Counted from the first letter of the stretch, positions 44,908-56,379 are shown. The stretch is DNA of 64,000 bases from an uncultured Alphaproteobacteria bacterium (GCA_963821565.1 CAWGEK010000014.1:14765-78764), one strand, 5' to 3'. Numbers and translations are program-made. The notes: generated by a model not told the origin, from the sequence alone.

Positions 44908-45878
44908 TCAGACCGGCTCCATTCTCGCACCGGTGTTTCGACCACGGACTATCATCAGCTCAAGGCCCTCCGCTGTAGCGTCTCGGACCAGAGAATTCAT
45001 AGAGGCGCGCCGCCGCAGTCTCGGTGGCGGTGAACGCGAAGCCCGTCGGGCCCCATGAGGTCTGCCCTATGCCCACCGCACCCGCTGCGGCGAAACGGCG
45101 GACAAGGCGTCCGACGGCGGGACTGGTCCAGGGGCTTCCTCCTTGGGCGGACGCGAAGTGGCGGCCGACGATCTCTTGTATCTCGGTCAACGCCGAGCCG
45201 AAGGCCTCGATGTCCGTTTCCTTAATGCCGGGCAGGAGGCGCATGAGCACAAGCCGGCACAGGTTGGCGGCATCGGTTTCGGGGAACGGGCGGTAGAGCC
45301 GCGAAGGCCTTCGCTTCGCGGTCGCCGTGGGCGCCCTGGGCTTTCGGGTCGAGGACGAGGAGCGCGCGCCAGGCTTCGGGGAAATCGGTGCGGACGAGGA
45401 TGGGCGGCGGGCGATCCTTGGCGCCCCGGCCGCCGTCGATGATGAAGCCGCCGCTCTCGAAGGCGGCCATGCCGATCGAGGATCGGGCGCCGCGTCCGGC
45501 GAGATTGCCGAGCTCCTGCGGGCTCGCGCCAGTCCTTCGAGGCGCATGATGGCGCTGCGATATGGCGAGCGCGAGCTGGGTGCCGGAGCCAAGGCCGGCG
45601 TGGGGCGGAATTGCGCGCTTCACGTCGGCGCGGTAGCGGCCGCGAGCGCCCAGGGCTTCGGCAGACCGGGGAGGATCTGGAGCACACGCTCGCTCTCGGG
45701 GCCGGCGGCCGCGAAGTCGCCGGCGCGGGTGACGCGTGATCTCGGTCGCGGGGGCGTCGACGGCGAGACCGATCGAGCCATAGGTGCGCCCGAGCCCGCC
45801 GCTCAGGTCCAGGAAGCCCAGATGGAGCCTCGCCGGGGCGGTCACGCTAAAGCCGGCAATGGTCTGACGTTCCTGCAT
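44908..45878 (-). CDS. mptG: beta-ribofuranosylaminobenzene 5'-phosphate synthase (Orf4)
   Basis: APARLHLGF, HAGLGSGTQ, RGARSSIG, GGFIIDGG, GQTSWGPT. Confidence 0.93.
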
Positions 45879-45991
45879 TAGAATGGGCATTTCCTTCGTC
45901 GGTCGGCGGCGCCGATTGCCTTCAATGAGCCCGACGAATTACGGTTGAGGCCAACGGCTAGAATGTCCACGAAAGGCGAGGAGAGAGCAAC

Positions 45992-46369
45992 ATGAGCGCA
46001 GAACGCGAAAAGCCCATGGCGGAGGCGGAAGTCAAGGAGTGGCTGGCCAAGAATCTGCCTCATTGGCGGCTCGAGGACGGCTGGATCAAGAGGACATACA
46101 AGACAACGGGCTGGAAGGGCACCCTCATGGTGATCAATACCGTCGGGCATCTCGCCGAGGCGGCGTGGCACCATCCCGATATCACGGCCTCCTATGCATG
46201 GGTCGAGGTGCGCCTCGTGACGCATTCGGCGAAGGGGATCACAATGAAGGACCTCACGCTCGCCAAGAAGATCGAGGACGTCGTGCACTGGCAGCCGGGA
46301 ACAGAAGGCGGGGCACTCGAAGGCACGCCCACGGGCGACCTGCGCTTCTCTTATATAAAGTACGATTGA
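45992..46369 (+). CDS. pterin-4a-carbinolamine dehydratase family protein (methylotroph type)
   Basis: GHLAEAAWHHPD, THSAKGIT..D, C-terminal GALEGTP..YIKYD. Confidence 0.9.
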   Translation: MSAEREKPMAEAEVKEWLAKNLPHWRLEDGWIKRTYKTTGWKGTLMVINTVGHLAEAAWHHPDITASYAWVEVRLVTHSAKGITMKDLTLAKKIEDVVHWQPGTEGGALEGTPTGDLRFSYIKYD

Positions 46370-46878
46370 TGAGCGGGGCAGCGGCGGGCGCCGGTTTCGA
46401 TGCGATCGTGGCGCTTGGCTCGAACCTCGGCGACAAGGGGGCACGGATCGCACGAGGCGATCCATGCAGCTCGACGGAAGCCGGCGACATTCGCGTCGTG
46501 GCTAGGTCGCGCAATTATCGCACGGCGCCGTGGGGCAAGAACCGATCAGGACTGGTTCGTCAACGCCTGCGTCGCGGTTGCGACCGAACTTTCCGCGCAT
46601 GAGCTGCTCGAAGCGCTGCCAGGCGGTCGAGAGCCGCATGGGGCGCGTACGGGTGGAGCACTGGGGCCCGCGCGTCATCGATCTCGATGTCCTCGTCTAT
46701 CGCGACGTGATCTTCGGACGACGCGGACCTCGACGCTGCCGCATCCGCGCATCACGGAGCGCGCGTTCGTCCTGGCGCCGCTCGCCGACGTGGCACCGGA
46801 TCTCGTGATCAAGGGACGCAAGGTCTCAGATTGGCTGGCTGCGCTCGATCGGCATGCGACGTGGTCGCGCTCGAATAG
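46369..46878 (+). CDS. folK: 2-amino-4-hydroxy-6-hydroxymethyldihydropteridine diphosphokinase
   Basis: ALGSNLGD, Y-TAPWG, FVNA, WGPRVIDLD, LPHPRITERAFVLAPL. Confidence 0.93.
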
Positions 46879-46890
46879 ATCAAAAAGCAA

Positions 46891-46918
46891 TGCCGCGGGC
46901 CCTTTCGGACCCGCGGCA
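46891..46918. terminator. hairpin terminator between convergent folK and cytochrome c genes
   Basis: TGCCGCGGG-N10-CCCGCGGCA preceded by an A-tract (U-tract on the minus strand). Confidence 0.7.
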
Positions 46919-46946
46919 CAGGAAGACCCAAGCTCTCAGGGGGCGA

Positions 46947-47327
46947 TTACTTCGTGCACTGAGACTTGATGTAGGCGAGGAGGTTGGCGCGGTCGGTCTT
47001 CGTCCTTCACGCCGGCCGGGAAGATCATCTTGTTGCCGGGGACGACCTTGTCGTCGGCTTCCATCCAGGAGAGGAGCTTCGTCGTCGTCCCAGGTGATGC
47101 CGGAATTCTTCAGAGCCTCCGAGTAGCCGGCGAAGCCCTCGTAGGTTCCCGCCTTGCGGCCGTCGACGCAGGTCAGCACGGGGCCGAGCGCGTTCTTCGC
47201 CTCAGGGCCGATCTGGTGGCAGGCAGCGCACTTCTTGAACACGCGCTGCGCCTGCCTCCGCATCCTGAGCCGAGGCCGCAACCGGCATGGCCAGCACGAT
47301 GCCGGCGGCTAAAACCCACTTCATCAT
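46947..47327 (-). CDS. class I cytochrome c (c2/c550-like)
   Basis: Signal peptide, CAACH heme motif, GP, YSEAL..GITW, PGNKMIF axial Met; frameshifted. Confidence 0.9.
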
Positions 47328-47628
47328 CTTGTATTTCCTCCCGAATTTTCATTGGACCCAAAGCCAAGGACGGCCAGATGTCCCCATGCAACGCTGACCA
47401 GAGGTGCACTGTGCCAAGTTTTCGCTGAACCGGCCCTGAACAGATTGCCGCACCAGCAAAGCTTAGCAAAGCTTCCCAGCAGTGGGATGCCACAGAGTAA
47501 GAGGAATATCGCGGTGCTTTATTTCCCGATTTGTGGAATCGGGAATATCCGCAGAGGAAAGACTCAGACTATTCTTGATTTCTATATTCTTGAATACTTA
47601 AGTCTAGTTTATCCGTCCATGGACGGAC

Positions 47629-48852
47629 CTAGCCATTCACCTCGGCCGGGGCCTTCGCCTTGGCGGCGCCGCCGACGCGGCGATAGGTGAACTCGGGCGG
47701 CGTGACGTGGCTTTCGACCTCGGCCACCTTCGCCCACTGGGCGTGGAGCGGGGAGAGCGAGCAGGCGGGGTCCGTATTGGCGGCATCGCCAGTGAGGGCG
47801 AATGCCTGGCAGCGGCAGCCACCGTAGTCGATCTCCTTCCTCGGGCAGGAGCGGCAAGGCTCCTTCATCCACGAGGTGCCGCGGTATTTCTGGAACGCCT
47901 CGCCAGAGAGCCAGATGTCGGCGAGCTTCTTGTCCTTGATGTTATCGAAAGCGAGGCCCTTGATGCTCTCGGCGGCATGGCAGGGAAGTACGCGGCCCGA
48001 GGGGGTGATGTTGACGATGCCGCGCGCCCACCCGCCCATGCAGGGCTTGGGGAACTTTGCGTAGTAGTCGGGGACGATCGCGTCGATGACGATGATGCCC
48101 TTGTAGCGCTCGCGGGCCTCTTCCACCTGATGCGCCGTTGTCATGAAGGCTTCGCGCGTCGGCATGAGCGCGCCGCGGTTCAAGAGCGCCCAGGCGTAAT
48201 ACTGTACGTGGGCGATCTCGATGCGCCCTGCTCCCATCTCGACCGCGAAGTCGATCATGCGCGGCACGTTGTGGATGTTCTGGCGGTGGATCGGCGCATT
48301 GATAGTGAGCGGGAGACCGATCTCCTTGACCCACTTGGCGACCTCGATCTTCTTCGCCATGCCACCCTTGTAGCCAGCGATGCGATCGGCGTTCTCGGCA
48401 TCGACATCCTGGATCGAGAGCTGGACGTGGTCGAGGCCGGCGTCGGCGATCTTCTGCAGGCGGTCGCGGGTGAGCGTTACGCCGGCGGTGATGAGGTTGG
48501 AATAGAGGTTGGATTCGGCTGCGACCTTGACGATGTCCTCAAGATCCTTGCGCGCCGTCGGCTCGCCACCCGAAAGATGGATCTGCAGCACGCCGAGCGC
48601 TCCCGCCTGGCGCATGACGTCCTGCCATTCGGCCGTGGTGAGCTCGGTATTGGCGCGCTCGAGCTCGGTTGGATTCGAGCAGTAGGGGCACTGGAGCGGG
48701 CAGCGGTGGGTGAGTTCGCACAGCATGCCGATCGGCGCGCGGGCGCAGAGCGCGGGCTCAGCCTGGGGACCTTGCGCGGTGGCACATGCGAGTTCGCCCG
48801 TGTCGATGGGCACGGTCGATTCAGTGACGTGGGTAGGGGCTCGCTCGTTCAT
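47629..48852 (-). CDS. pqqE: PqqA peptide cyclase (radical SAM/SPASM)
   Basis: ELTHRCPLQCPYCSNP, SGGEP, PKPCMGGW, PCH, GGCRCQA. Confidence 0.97.
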   Translation of the reverse strand: MNERAPTHVTESTVPIDTGELACATAQGPQAEPALCARAPIGMLCELTHRCPLQCPYCSNPTELERANTELTTAEWQDVMRQAGALGVLQIHLSGGEPTARKDLEDIVKVAAESNLYSNLITAGVTLTRDRLQKIADAGLDHVQLSIQDVDAENADRIAGYKGGMAKKIEVAKWVKEIGLPLTINAPIHRQNIHNVPRMIDFAVEMGAGRIEIAHVQYYAWALLNRGALMPTREAFMTTAHQVEEARERYKGIIVIDAIVPDYYAKFPKPCMGGWARGIVNITPSGRVLPCHAAESIKGLAFDNIKDKKLADIWLSGEAFQKYRGTSWMKEPCRSCPRKEIDYGGCRCQAFALTGDAANTDPACSLSPLHAQWAKVAEVESHVTPPEFTYRRVGGAAKAKAPAEVNG

Positions 48853-48869
48853 TTCCGCCACCGCTCCTC

Positions 48870-49172
48870 TCAGGCCTTGACCACACCCTTGTCGGAAAGG
48901 TCTTGCAGCATGGCCACGATATCGTTGGTTATCTCTTCAATTGGGGCTTGATATTCCTTGGACAAGATTGCCGCGATGTCGTTCACGGAACGTTGTCCGT
49001 CGCAAAGCCTCAGGACCGAAACCGCCGTCTCGTCTGGGTTGAACACGCGCTCGGGCGCGAGGATGATCCAGCGGTCGCGGCCGGCGTCGTGACGCATCTT
49101 GATGTGCTTGGGCAGCGCCGGCCGGCTGTCGCCGGTGATCATCGTGCGCGTCGGTTTGCGCGTCTCAGACAT
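48870..49172 (-). CDS. pqqD: PqqA-binding chaperone
   Basis: WIILAPER, LRLCDG, position in the operon. Confidence 0.95.
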   Translation of the reverse strand: MSETRKPTRTMITGDSRPALPKHIKMRHDAGRDRWIILAPERVFNPDETAVSVLRLCDGQRSVNDIAAILSKEYQAPIEEITNDIVAMLQDLSDKGVVKA

Positions 49173-49935
49173 TCAAGGTCTCCGGGCGGAAGGCGCCAGG
49201 CGGGATGTTCCGCGGCTCCACATATGCGTGGTGCAATGCGTCGAGCTGGGCCCAGAGCACGTTGCACTTGAAGCGCACGGCGTCGACGCACGCCTCCTGC
49301 TCCTGGCGCGTCTTGGCATGGGCCTTGATGTAGTTCAGCGCGTAGTCGGCATCGAAGGGGGCCTGGACGAGACGCTTCTTGAAATAGGCCATCACCTTGT
49401 CGTCGATGAAATCGTAGTTCTCGAGCATGCCGGAGATGCGCTCCTTGTGGATCTTGGGCGCGAACAGCTCGGTGAGCGACGAGGCGACGGCGACGACGAG
49501 CGGCTCATCGCGGACGAAGCGCACATAGGCCTCGACGGCGAACTTGGTCGCGGGGAGGGCGCCAGCCATGGAGATGACGTAGTCGCGGTCAAGGCCGAGG
49601 CCGTCGGTCAGCACGAGCCAGCGCTCGATGCCGCCGGGGTCGTCGCCCGCGCCGTCGTGCTCGAGCACGCGATGGATCCAGTCGCGGCGAAGCTGGCGGT
49701 CGTAGACGCGGCTCACGAGCGCTGCGTCCTTGCGCGGGACGGCGGACTGATAGCAGTAGCGGTTCAACGCCCAGGCGGCGACCTGAGCTTTGCTCAGCTT
49801 GCCGCCATGCAGGAGCTTATGGAACGGGTGCTTGTCGTGATAGCGCTCGGCGCCGACGGCCTGGATCGCGGCCTCGAACTCCTCAGGGCTCCAAAGTGCG
49901 GTGTCAGCAGCGCCTGCCATGCGTCGCTCGCTCAT
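49165..49935 (-). CDS. pqqC: pyrroloquinoline-quinone synthase
   Basis: RYHDKHPFH, NRYCYQ, KDAA, HDG, SSLTELFAP, FKCNVLWAQLDAL. Confidence 0.97.
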   Translation of the reverse strand: MSERRMAGAADTALWSPEEFEAAIQAVGAERYHDKHPFHKLLHGGKLSKAQVAAWALNRYCYQSAVPRKDAALVSRVYDRQLRRDWIHRVLEHDGAGDDPGGIERWLVLTDGLGLDRDYVISMAGALPATKFAVEAYVRFVRDEPLVVAVASSLTELFAPKIHKERISGMLENYDFIDDKVMAYFKKRLVQAPFDADYALNYIKAHAKTRQEQEACVDAVRFKCNVLWAQLDALHHAYVEPRNIPPGAFRPETLNV

Positions 49936-50869
49936 AGCCGGACCTCCATTCCATCGTAGCCGACTTCCCAGCCGGAGGCTTCCGTTGCTTTGCGCTCGGG
50001 CGAGTTGTCGTCGAGCACGGGGTTCGAGTTGTTGATGTGAACGAAAATCTTGCGGCCGACGGCCAGAGGTCCTTGAAGGCGGCGATCGATCCCTCGTGGA
50101 CCCGAGATCGACATGTGACCCATGCGGGCGCCGGTTTTCTGCATAAGGCCTTGGCGGATCATCTCGTCGTCGGTGTAGAGCGTGCCGTCGAAGAAGACGA
50201 GCGGGCGCGCCCTTGAGGCGGGCGGCAAGCGGCGCCTCGAGCTCGGCGCAGCCCGGCACATAGTAGAAGAAGCGTCCGGTTGCGGGCTCGCTCACTTTGA
50301 GACCGATGGTGTCGCCCTCGCGGCTGCCGAAGTTCTTCGTCCTCAGCCTTGTCCTCGAGATAGAGCGCGATCTTGCCGGGAACCACGAACGCCTCGACGA
50401 CGAGGCCCGTTGGGCCGTCGGCACCCTCGATGGCGATCGGCTTGTCGAAGGGCAGCTCGCGGCGCTCGACGACGGATTTGTCGAGCACGTTGAAGATCGA
50501 GTTGGCGGCAAGCGTCGCGAGAACGCGCGAGGAGCCGTAGACGGTGACCGGCTGCAGCTCGCGCAGGTTGAGCAGGCCGGCGACGAAGTCGACGTCGCCG
50601 CCGGTGATGACGACGGCCTTGATCGGGCTATTGCGGAGTTTTCCGTTGGCGTAGGCGCCGAGCTCGGGCGTGTCGTTGATCTGCTGGCGCAGGTCCGGGG
50701 CGGCGTTCAGCAGCACCCAGTCACGACCGTTGGCGCTGACCGCGAGAGAGCATTGCGTGCGCGCCCGGAAACCAGGCTTGCGCGCTCTCACGTCCGAACA
50801 ATTGCGGCAATTACAGTTCCATTGGGGGAAGCCGCCGCCTGCGGCCGACCCCAGAACCCTGATGATCAT
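49932..50869 (-). CDS. pqqB: PQQ biosynthesis protein B
   Basis: VLGSAAGGGFPQWNCNC, RTQCS, PGKIALY, FDGT, MGHM, HINNSNP, YDGM. Confidence 0.96.
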
Positions 50870-50927
50870 TTTTTTGGCGTCTCGAGGCGGCGCTCAGCCT
50901 CGCCGATGGTGGCGCCGCAAACGACGA

Positions 50928-50952
50928 CGGCGGTCGAGATGCTCGACCGCCG
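50928..50952 (-). terminator. perfect hairpin between pqqA and pqqB
   Basis: CGGCGGTCGAG-ATG-CTCGACCGCCG, 11-bp stem. Confidence 0.65.
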
Positions 50953-50994
50953 CGCCTGAAACTGCTCACATTGCGTGCGAGCGGATCAGCACCG

Positions 50995-51084
50995 TTAGAT
51001 GATGTCGATCTCGGCCGGCAGGTAGCTCGTGACCTCGAGGCCAACTTCCTGCTCACGCACGGCGGGCTTTGTCCAAGTCTTCAT
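50995..51084 (-). CDS. pqqA: PQQ precursor peptide
   Basis: MKTWTKPAVREQEVGLEVTSYLPAEIDII with WxKP and ExxxY; AGGAGG RBS. Confidence 0.96.
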   Translation of the reverse strand: MKTWTKPAVREQEVGLEVTSYLPAEIDII

Positions 51085-51831
51085 AGTGTTCCTCCTAAAT
51101 GCGGCATGCTGCCATTTTTCCGGAGCACCCCGCCGAGGGTCCCCCACTGAGATAGCCAGTCTTATCAGAAGATTAGCCGGCTCAGTCTGCGGATCGAGGT
51201 GTCGCTTATCAACCCGACCGCCTTGAGCGGCTAGAGACCACATCCGGAGCCGAAATCGCAAGTAAATTGTCGGTCACGAGTTCGTGTGCGGAAGGGCCAG
51301 AAATGCCGGTAAACCGTCGCAAAATGGTCAAGGATGTCTTGATGCGCGAGATGCTGCGCCGCGCCATCGGGACAAGTTCGCAAGGCAATAGTCTGATGTC
51401 GGATCATTCGCTGCGGGCAGATGCTGCGAGGGCGGCGCTCGCTGCAAGATACCAAGCGCCACCGGGGCGTGCGATTTTCGGCACGGTGCCAACTTTCCGG
51501 ATGGAAGTGTTAGGTGATACTACTATATTGCCATATTAATGGAATCACTTTGCTATTCGAGTGATTCTTGCATGAAAGGAATAGAAATCTTTACCCCAAT
51601 GAGCTACCACATCGCGCGCGCAAGACGATGCGGCGAGGCGCTCAGCAATCATTTCGCTCATCTCTTGAGCTATCTTTTCTCGGCTGTGCTTGCATGCGAA
51701 CCCTCCAATCTTGACGGGAGGCGCGACATCGAAGCGCGGATGGTTAAGCTCTGTTAACGACCAGGCGCAGACCGCCGAGTGCAGCCGTCGGGGCGGCGAG
51801 CACAGCGTAGAGGACGACGAGGAGGCATAGC

Positions 51832-53626
51832 GTGGCCGCGGTTCCCTTTCTGCCGAAGAACGCCCCGTTCACGGCAGAGGACATCGATTTCCTGAACCAG
51901 CTCGTGCAGCGCTCGACGCCGCTGCAGAGAAGCTGGCTGTCGGGCTTTCTTGCGGGCCTCGACGCGGCGCGCGCAGGGACAGGGCGCGGTCGGGCCAGCG
52001 CCGCACCCGCGCAGCGTCCGCGCGTTCCGCTCACGATCCTCTACGGCAGCGAGTCCGGCAACACCGAGGCCCTCGCGCTCAAGGCCAAGAAAGCTGCCGC
52101 GAAGCTCAACTACGATGTCGCGCGTCGTCGACATGGCGGACGCGGACCTTGCGCTCGCTGGCGAAGGCCAAGAATCTCATCGTCTACATCTCGACCTGGG
52201 GCGAGGGCGATCCGCCGCAGCGCGCGGTCGACTTCCACAAGGCGCTCATGAGCGATGCAGCGCCGCGTCTCGACGGCGTGCGCTTCGCGGTGCTCGCGCT
52301 CGGCGATACGGCGTACGTCAACTTCTGCCAGACCGGCAAGCAGATCGACGCACGCCTCGAGGCGCTGGGCGCCACGCGCGCCGCCGACCGCATCGATCTC
52401 GATCTCGACTTCGCCAAGCAGGCCGCGAGCTGGACGGAGAAGACGCTCGAGGTGATCGCGCCGGCCGACGCGCAGGCGTCGGCGACCGTCGTCCATGTCG
52501 ACTTCAAGGGTCCGGGCGCCGCGGACGAGCTCGAAGAGCCGCTCTACACGGCGGACAATCCTGCGGAAGCGGAGATCGCGGCGCTCGTCAATTTGAGCGG
52601 CACCGGATCGACGCGCGAGACCTGGCATGTGGAGCTGGCGACGGAAGCGCCGGGCTTTGCCTATCAGCCCGGCGCGGCGATCGGCATTCTGCCCGAGAAC
52701 GATCCGGCGCTCGCCGCGGAGCTTCTCGATGCGGTGGGTCTCGGCACGGACGGGGCGCTCGCGCTCAAGCTCGCCAAGAGCTCACGACATCACCACGCTG
52801 TCGCGCGTGACGGTCGATGCCTATGCCAAGCTCACGGGGCGCAAGGATGTGGCGGCGCTGCTCGAAGGCGATGCGTTCGCGAAGTTCGCGGCCGACCGGC
52901 AACTCGTCGATCTCTTCGAAACCTATCCGGAGAAGCTCACGGGCGAGCAGCTGACGAAGCTCCTGCGCCCGCTTCCGGGACGGCTCTACTCGGTGGCGTC
53001 GAGCCTCAAAGCGCATCAGGGCGAGGCGCACCTTCTCGTCGGCGCGGTGCGGTGGTCGTCGCACGGCAAGTCGCGCAAGGGCGTCGCGTCGACGTATCTT
53101 CGCGGACCTGCGCAAGCAGGGCGATCAGGTCAGGATCTACGTCAAGCCGAACCGGCACTTTGCGCTGCCCGACGATCCCAATCGCGCGATCATCATGATC
53201 GGCGCGGGCACGGGCGTCGCGCCCTACCGCGGCTTCATCGAGGAGCGCGCCGAGACCGGCGCCAAGGGCAAGAGCTGGCTTTTCTTCGGCGAGCGCAACT
53301 TCACGCACGACTTCCTCTACCAGCTCGAATGGCAGGACTGGCTTCAGAGCGGGGAGCTGTCGCGCATCGACGTCGCGTTCTCGCGCGATCAGCCGGAGAA
53401 GATCTACGTGCAGCACCGGCTCTGGGAGCGTCGCGCCGACATCTTGAAGTGGCTCGACGAGGGCGCCCACATCTATGTGTGCGGCGACGAGAAGGGGATG
53501 GCGAAGGACGTCGATGCGACGCTCGTCAAGATCCTGGCCGAGCCGGCGAAGGGCGACGAAGAGGCGGGCCGCGCGAAGCTCAAGGAGCTTACCAAGGCCG
53601 GCCGCTATCAGCGGGACGTTTACTAG
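51832..53626 (+). CDS. cysJ: sulfite reductase (NADPH) flavoprotein subunit
   Basis: LYGSESGN, STWGEGDPP, ALGDTAY, RLYSVASS, GAGTGVAPYR, AFSRDQ, YVCGD, RYQRDVY. Confidence 0.93.
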
Positions 53627-53698
53627 GCAGTAGGCAAGTGGGCAGCAGGCATTCGTGAGATGCGCTTGCGTACTGCCGATTGCCCGTTGCCTACTCCC
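53624..53698. repeat. inverted arrays of degenerate heptamer repeats
   Basis: TAGGCAG TAGGCAA GTGGGCAG CAGGCAT ... TACTGCC GATTGCC CGTTGCC TACTCCC. Confidence 0.65.
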
Positions 53699-53712
53699 TA
53701 GGACTCCATCCC

Positions 53713-55464
53713 ATGACCGACAAGCGCTCGAAGAACGAGTTCATCAAGGAAGAGAGCCGGTTCCTGCGCGGCACCATCGCGGACGGGCTCAGCCACGTCG
53801 AGACCGGCGCCATCGCCGAGGACGACACGCAGCTCCTGAAGTTCCACGGCTCCTACATGCAGGACGACCGGGATCTCCGGCCCGAGCGGGCGAAGAAGAA
53901 GCTCGAGAAGGCGTTCTCGCTTCATGATCCGCCTGCGGATTCCGGGCGGCGTCGTGACGCCTGCGCAGTGGATCCAGCTCGACGACATCGCGGGCACCTA
54001 CGCCAACCACACGCTGCGCCTCACGACGCGGGCGACCTTCCAGTTCCACGGCATCATCAAGTCGAACCTGAGACGGACCATGCAGGCGATCAACGCGGCC
54101 TGCCTCGACACCATCGCCGCGTGCGGCGACGTCAACCGCAACGTCATGTCGGCGTGCGCAACCCGTTCCTTTCGAAGGCGCATGGGGAGGCCTACGCGCT
54201 CGCCAAGAAGGTCAGCGATCATCTGCTGCCGAAGACCGGCGCCTATCACGAGATCTGGCTCGAAGGCGAAAAGGTCGAGGACAAGAGCGGCAAGGCGAAG
54301 CCCGATGCCGAGCCGATCTACGGCGCCCACTATCTGCCGCGCAAGTTCAAGATCGTCATCGCGGTGCCGCCCGACAACGACGTCGACATCTTCGCCCACG
54401 ATCTCGGCTACATCGCCGTCGTCGAGAAGGGCGAGGTCGTGGGCTGGAACGTGACCGTCGGCGGCGGCATGGGCATGACGCATGGCGAGCATCGATACGT
54501 TCCCGCGCACGGCCGACGTGCTCGGCTTCTGCACGCCCGACGCAGGCCGTCGACGTGGCCGAGAAGGTCGTGACCGTGCAGCGCGACTGGGGCAACCGCG
54601 AGGTGCGCAAGAACGCGCGGCTCAAGTACACGATCGAGCGCGTCGGCCTCGACAAGTTCCGCGCCGAGGTCGAGAAGCCGTCTCGGCTTCAAGCTCGGCA
54701 AGGCGCGTCCCTTCACGTTCAAGTCGACGGGCGATCCGATCGGCTGGCGACCAGGGCGCGGACAAGAAGTGGCACCTCACGCTCTTCATCGAGAACGGGC
54801 GCATCAAGGATGTGCCGGGCATGGCGCTGCGCACGGCGATGCGCGAGATCGCCGAGGCGGGCGGCATCGATTTCGTGCTGACCTCGAACCAGAACCTCAT
54901 CATCGCCAACGTGGCGGCGAAGGCGCGAAGCCGAAGATCGAGGCGATTCTGGCGAAGCACGGCGTCGCACATCGCGACCTCGTCGGGCATGCGCCGCAAC
55001 TCGATGGCGTGCGTCGCGCTGCCGACGTGCGGCCTGGCGCTTGCCGAGAGCGAGCGCTTCCTGCCGGAGCTGATCACCGGCATCGAGGAGGCTGCTCGAC
55101 AAGGCAGGGCTTGCGCGACGACGACATCGTCGTCCGCATGACGGGCTGCCCGAACGGGTGCGCACGTCCCTATCTCGCCGAGATCGGCTTCGTCGGCCGC
55201 TCGCCCGGGCTCTACAACCTCTATCTCGGCGCGGCCTTCAACGGCACGCGGCTCAACAAGCTCTATGCGCAGGACGTCGGCAAGGCGCGCATCCTCGAGC
55301 TGCTCGAGCCGCTGCTCGTCGACTACGCCAAGGAGCGCAAGGCGGGCGAGCGCTTCGGCGATTTCGTCATCAGGACCGGCGTCGTGGCCGCGACGCCCGC
55401 CGGCAACAAGTTCCACGACGACGTCAAGCTCGCGGGAACTTCGGGCGCACTTGAACGGGCTTAG
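53713..55464 (+). CDS. cysI: sulfite reductase hemoprotein subunit
   Basis: [44 protein letters not shown]. Confidence 0.95.
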
Positions 55465-55581
55465 AACCTTTGATGAGACCGATGTTTCACGCTTCGGACT
55501 TTTTCTGCGCATACCGATTCACGCCGCGCCTGATAGGCGGCGCGACGATCGGAGCGAAGTAGGGTCCGAAGCGATCATGGT

Positions 55582-56379
55582 CTAGGTCTTGAACCAGAGC
55601 AGGTAGGCCGCCCAGAGCAGCACCAGGCCGAGCGCGGCGCGCAGCAGCCAGTCGGGGATCACGCCCGGTGATGCGCGAGCCGATGAGGATGCCCGGCACG
55701 GATCCCGCGAGAAGGGCGGCGAGCAGCCAGACGTTGACGTGGCCCATGCCGGCGTGGCCGAGGCCCGAGACGAGCGTCAGCGGAATTGCGTGCACGATGT
55801 CGGTGCCGACGACGCGGCGCGCCAGGAGCGCCGGATAGAGGCCCGTCAGCACGGCGACGCCGATCGCGCCGGCGCCGACGGACGTCAGCGTCACCAGCAC
55901 GCCGAGCACGGCGCCGAAGAGGATCGTCGGCAGCCTGCGTGGCAGGCACGTGAAGGGCCGCGTGAGCCTCGGCAGGCTGGCGGCGTCTCAGCCACGGATG
56001 AAGCGCGATGGCGACGGCGCTGACGACGAGCATCACGGCAAGGACCTGGCGAATATAGATCGCCAGCGCATGCGTATCGGCCTTCGTGAGGTAGAGCAGT
56101 CCGAGCATGGCGGCGGCGCCCGGCAGGCTGCCGAGCGCCAGGCAGCCGAGTATGGGCCAATCGACGTTTTGCAGACGGTGATGGCGCCAGGCCGCCGACG
56201 CCTTGGTGATCGACGCAAACAGGAGATCGGTGCCGACGGCAATCGCCGGCGTGGAAGCCGATGCCGATCAGCAGCGGGGTCGTGAGCGAGCCCGCGCCCA
56301 CGCCGGTGATGCCGATCAGGAAGCCGATGACGAAGCCGCCGCCGCCGATCAGGTGCCAGTGGTCTGCAAGCAAGTTCAT
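55582..56379 (-). CDS. TauE/SafE-family sulfite exporter
   Basis: GITGVGAGSLTTPLL, VGTDL, TSVGAG, VGTDIVHAIPL. Confidence 0.88.

Noticed and set aside
51740-51831. Possible SAM riboswitch or CtrA box upstream of cysJ
   Set aside because: No SAM-II consensus visible; TTAA-N6-TTAAC has the wrong spacing for CtrA (N7)
53624-53698. CRISPR array
   Set aside because: Units are 7 bp with no unique spacers and no cas genes in the window
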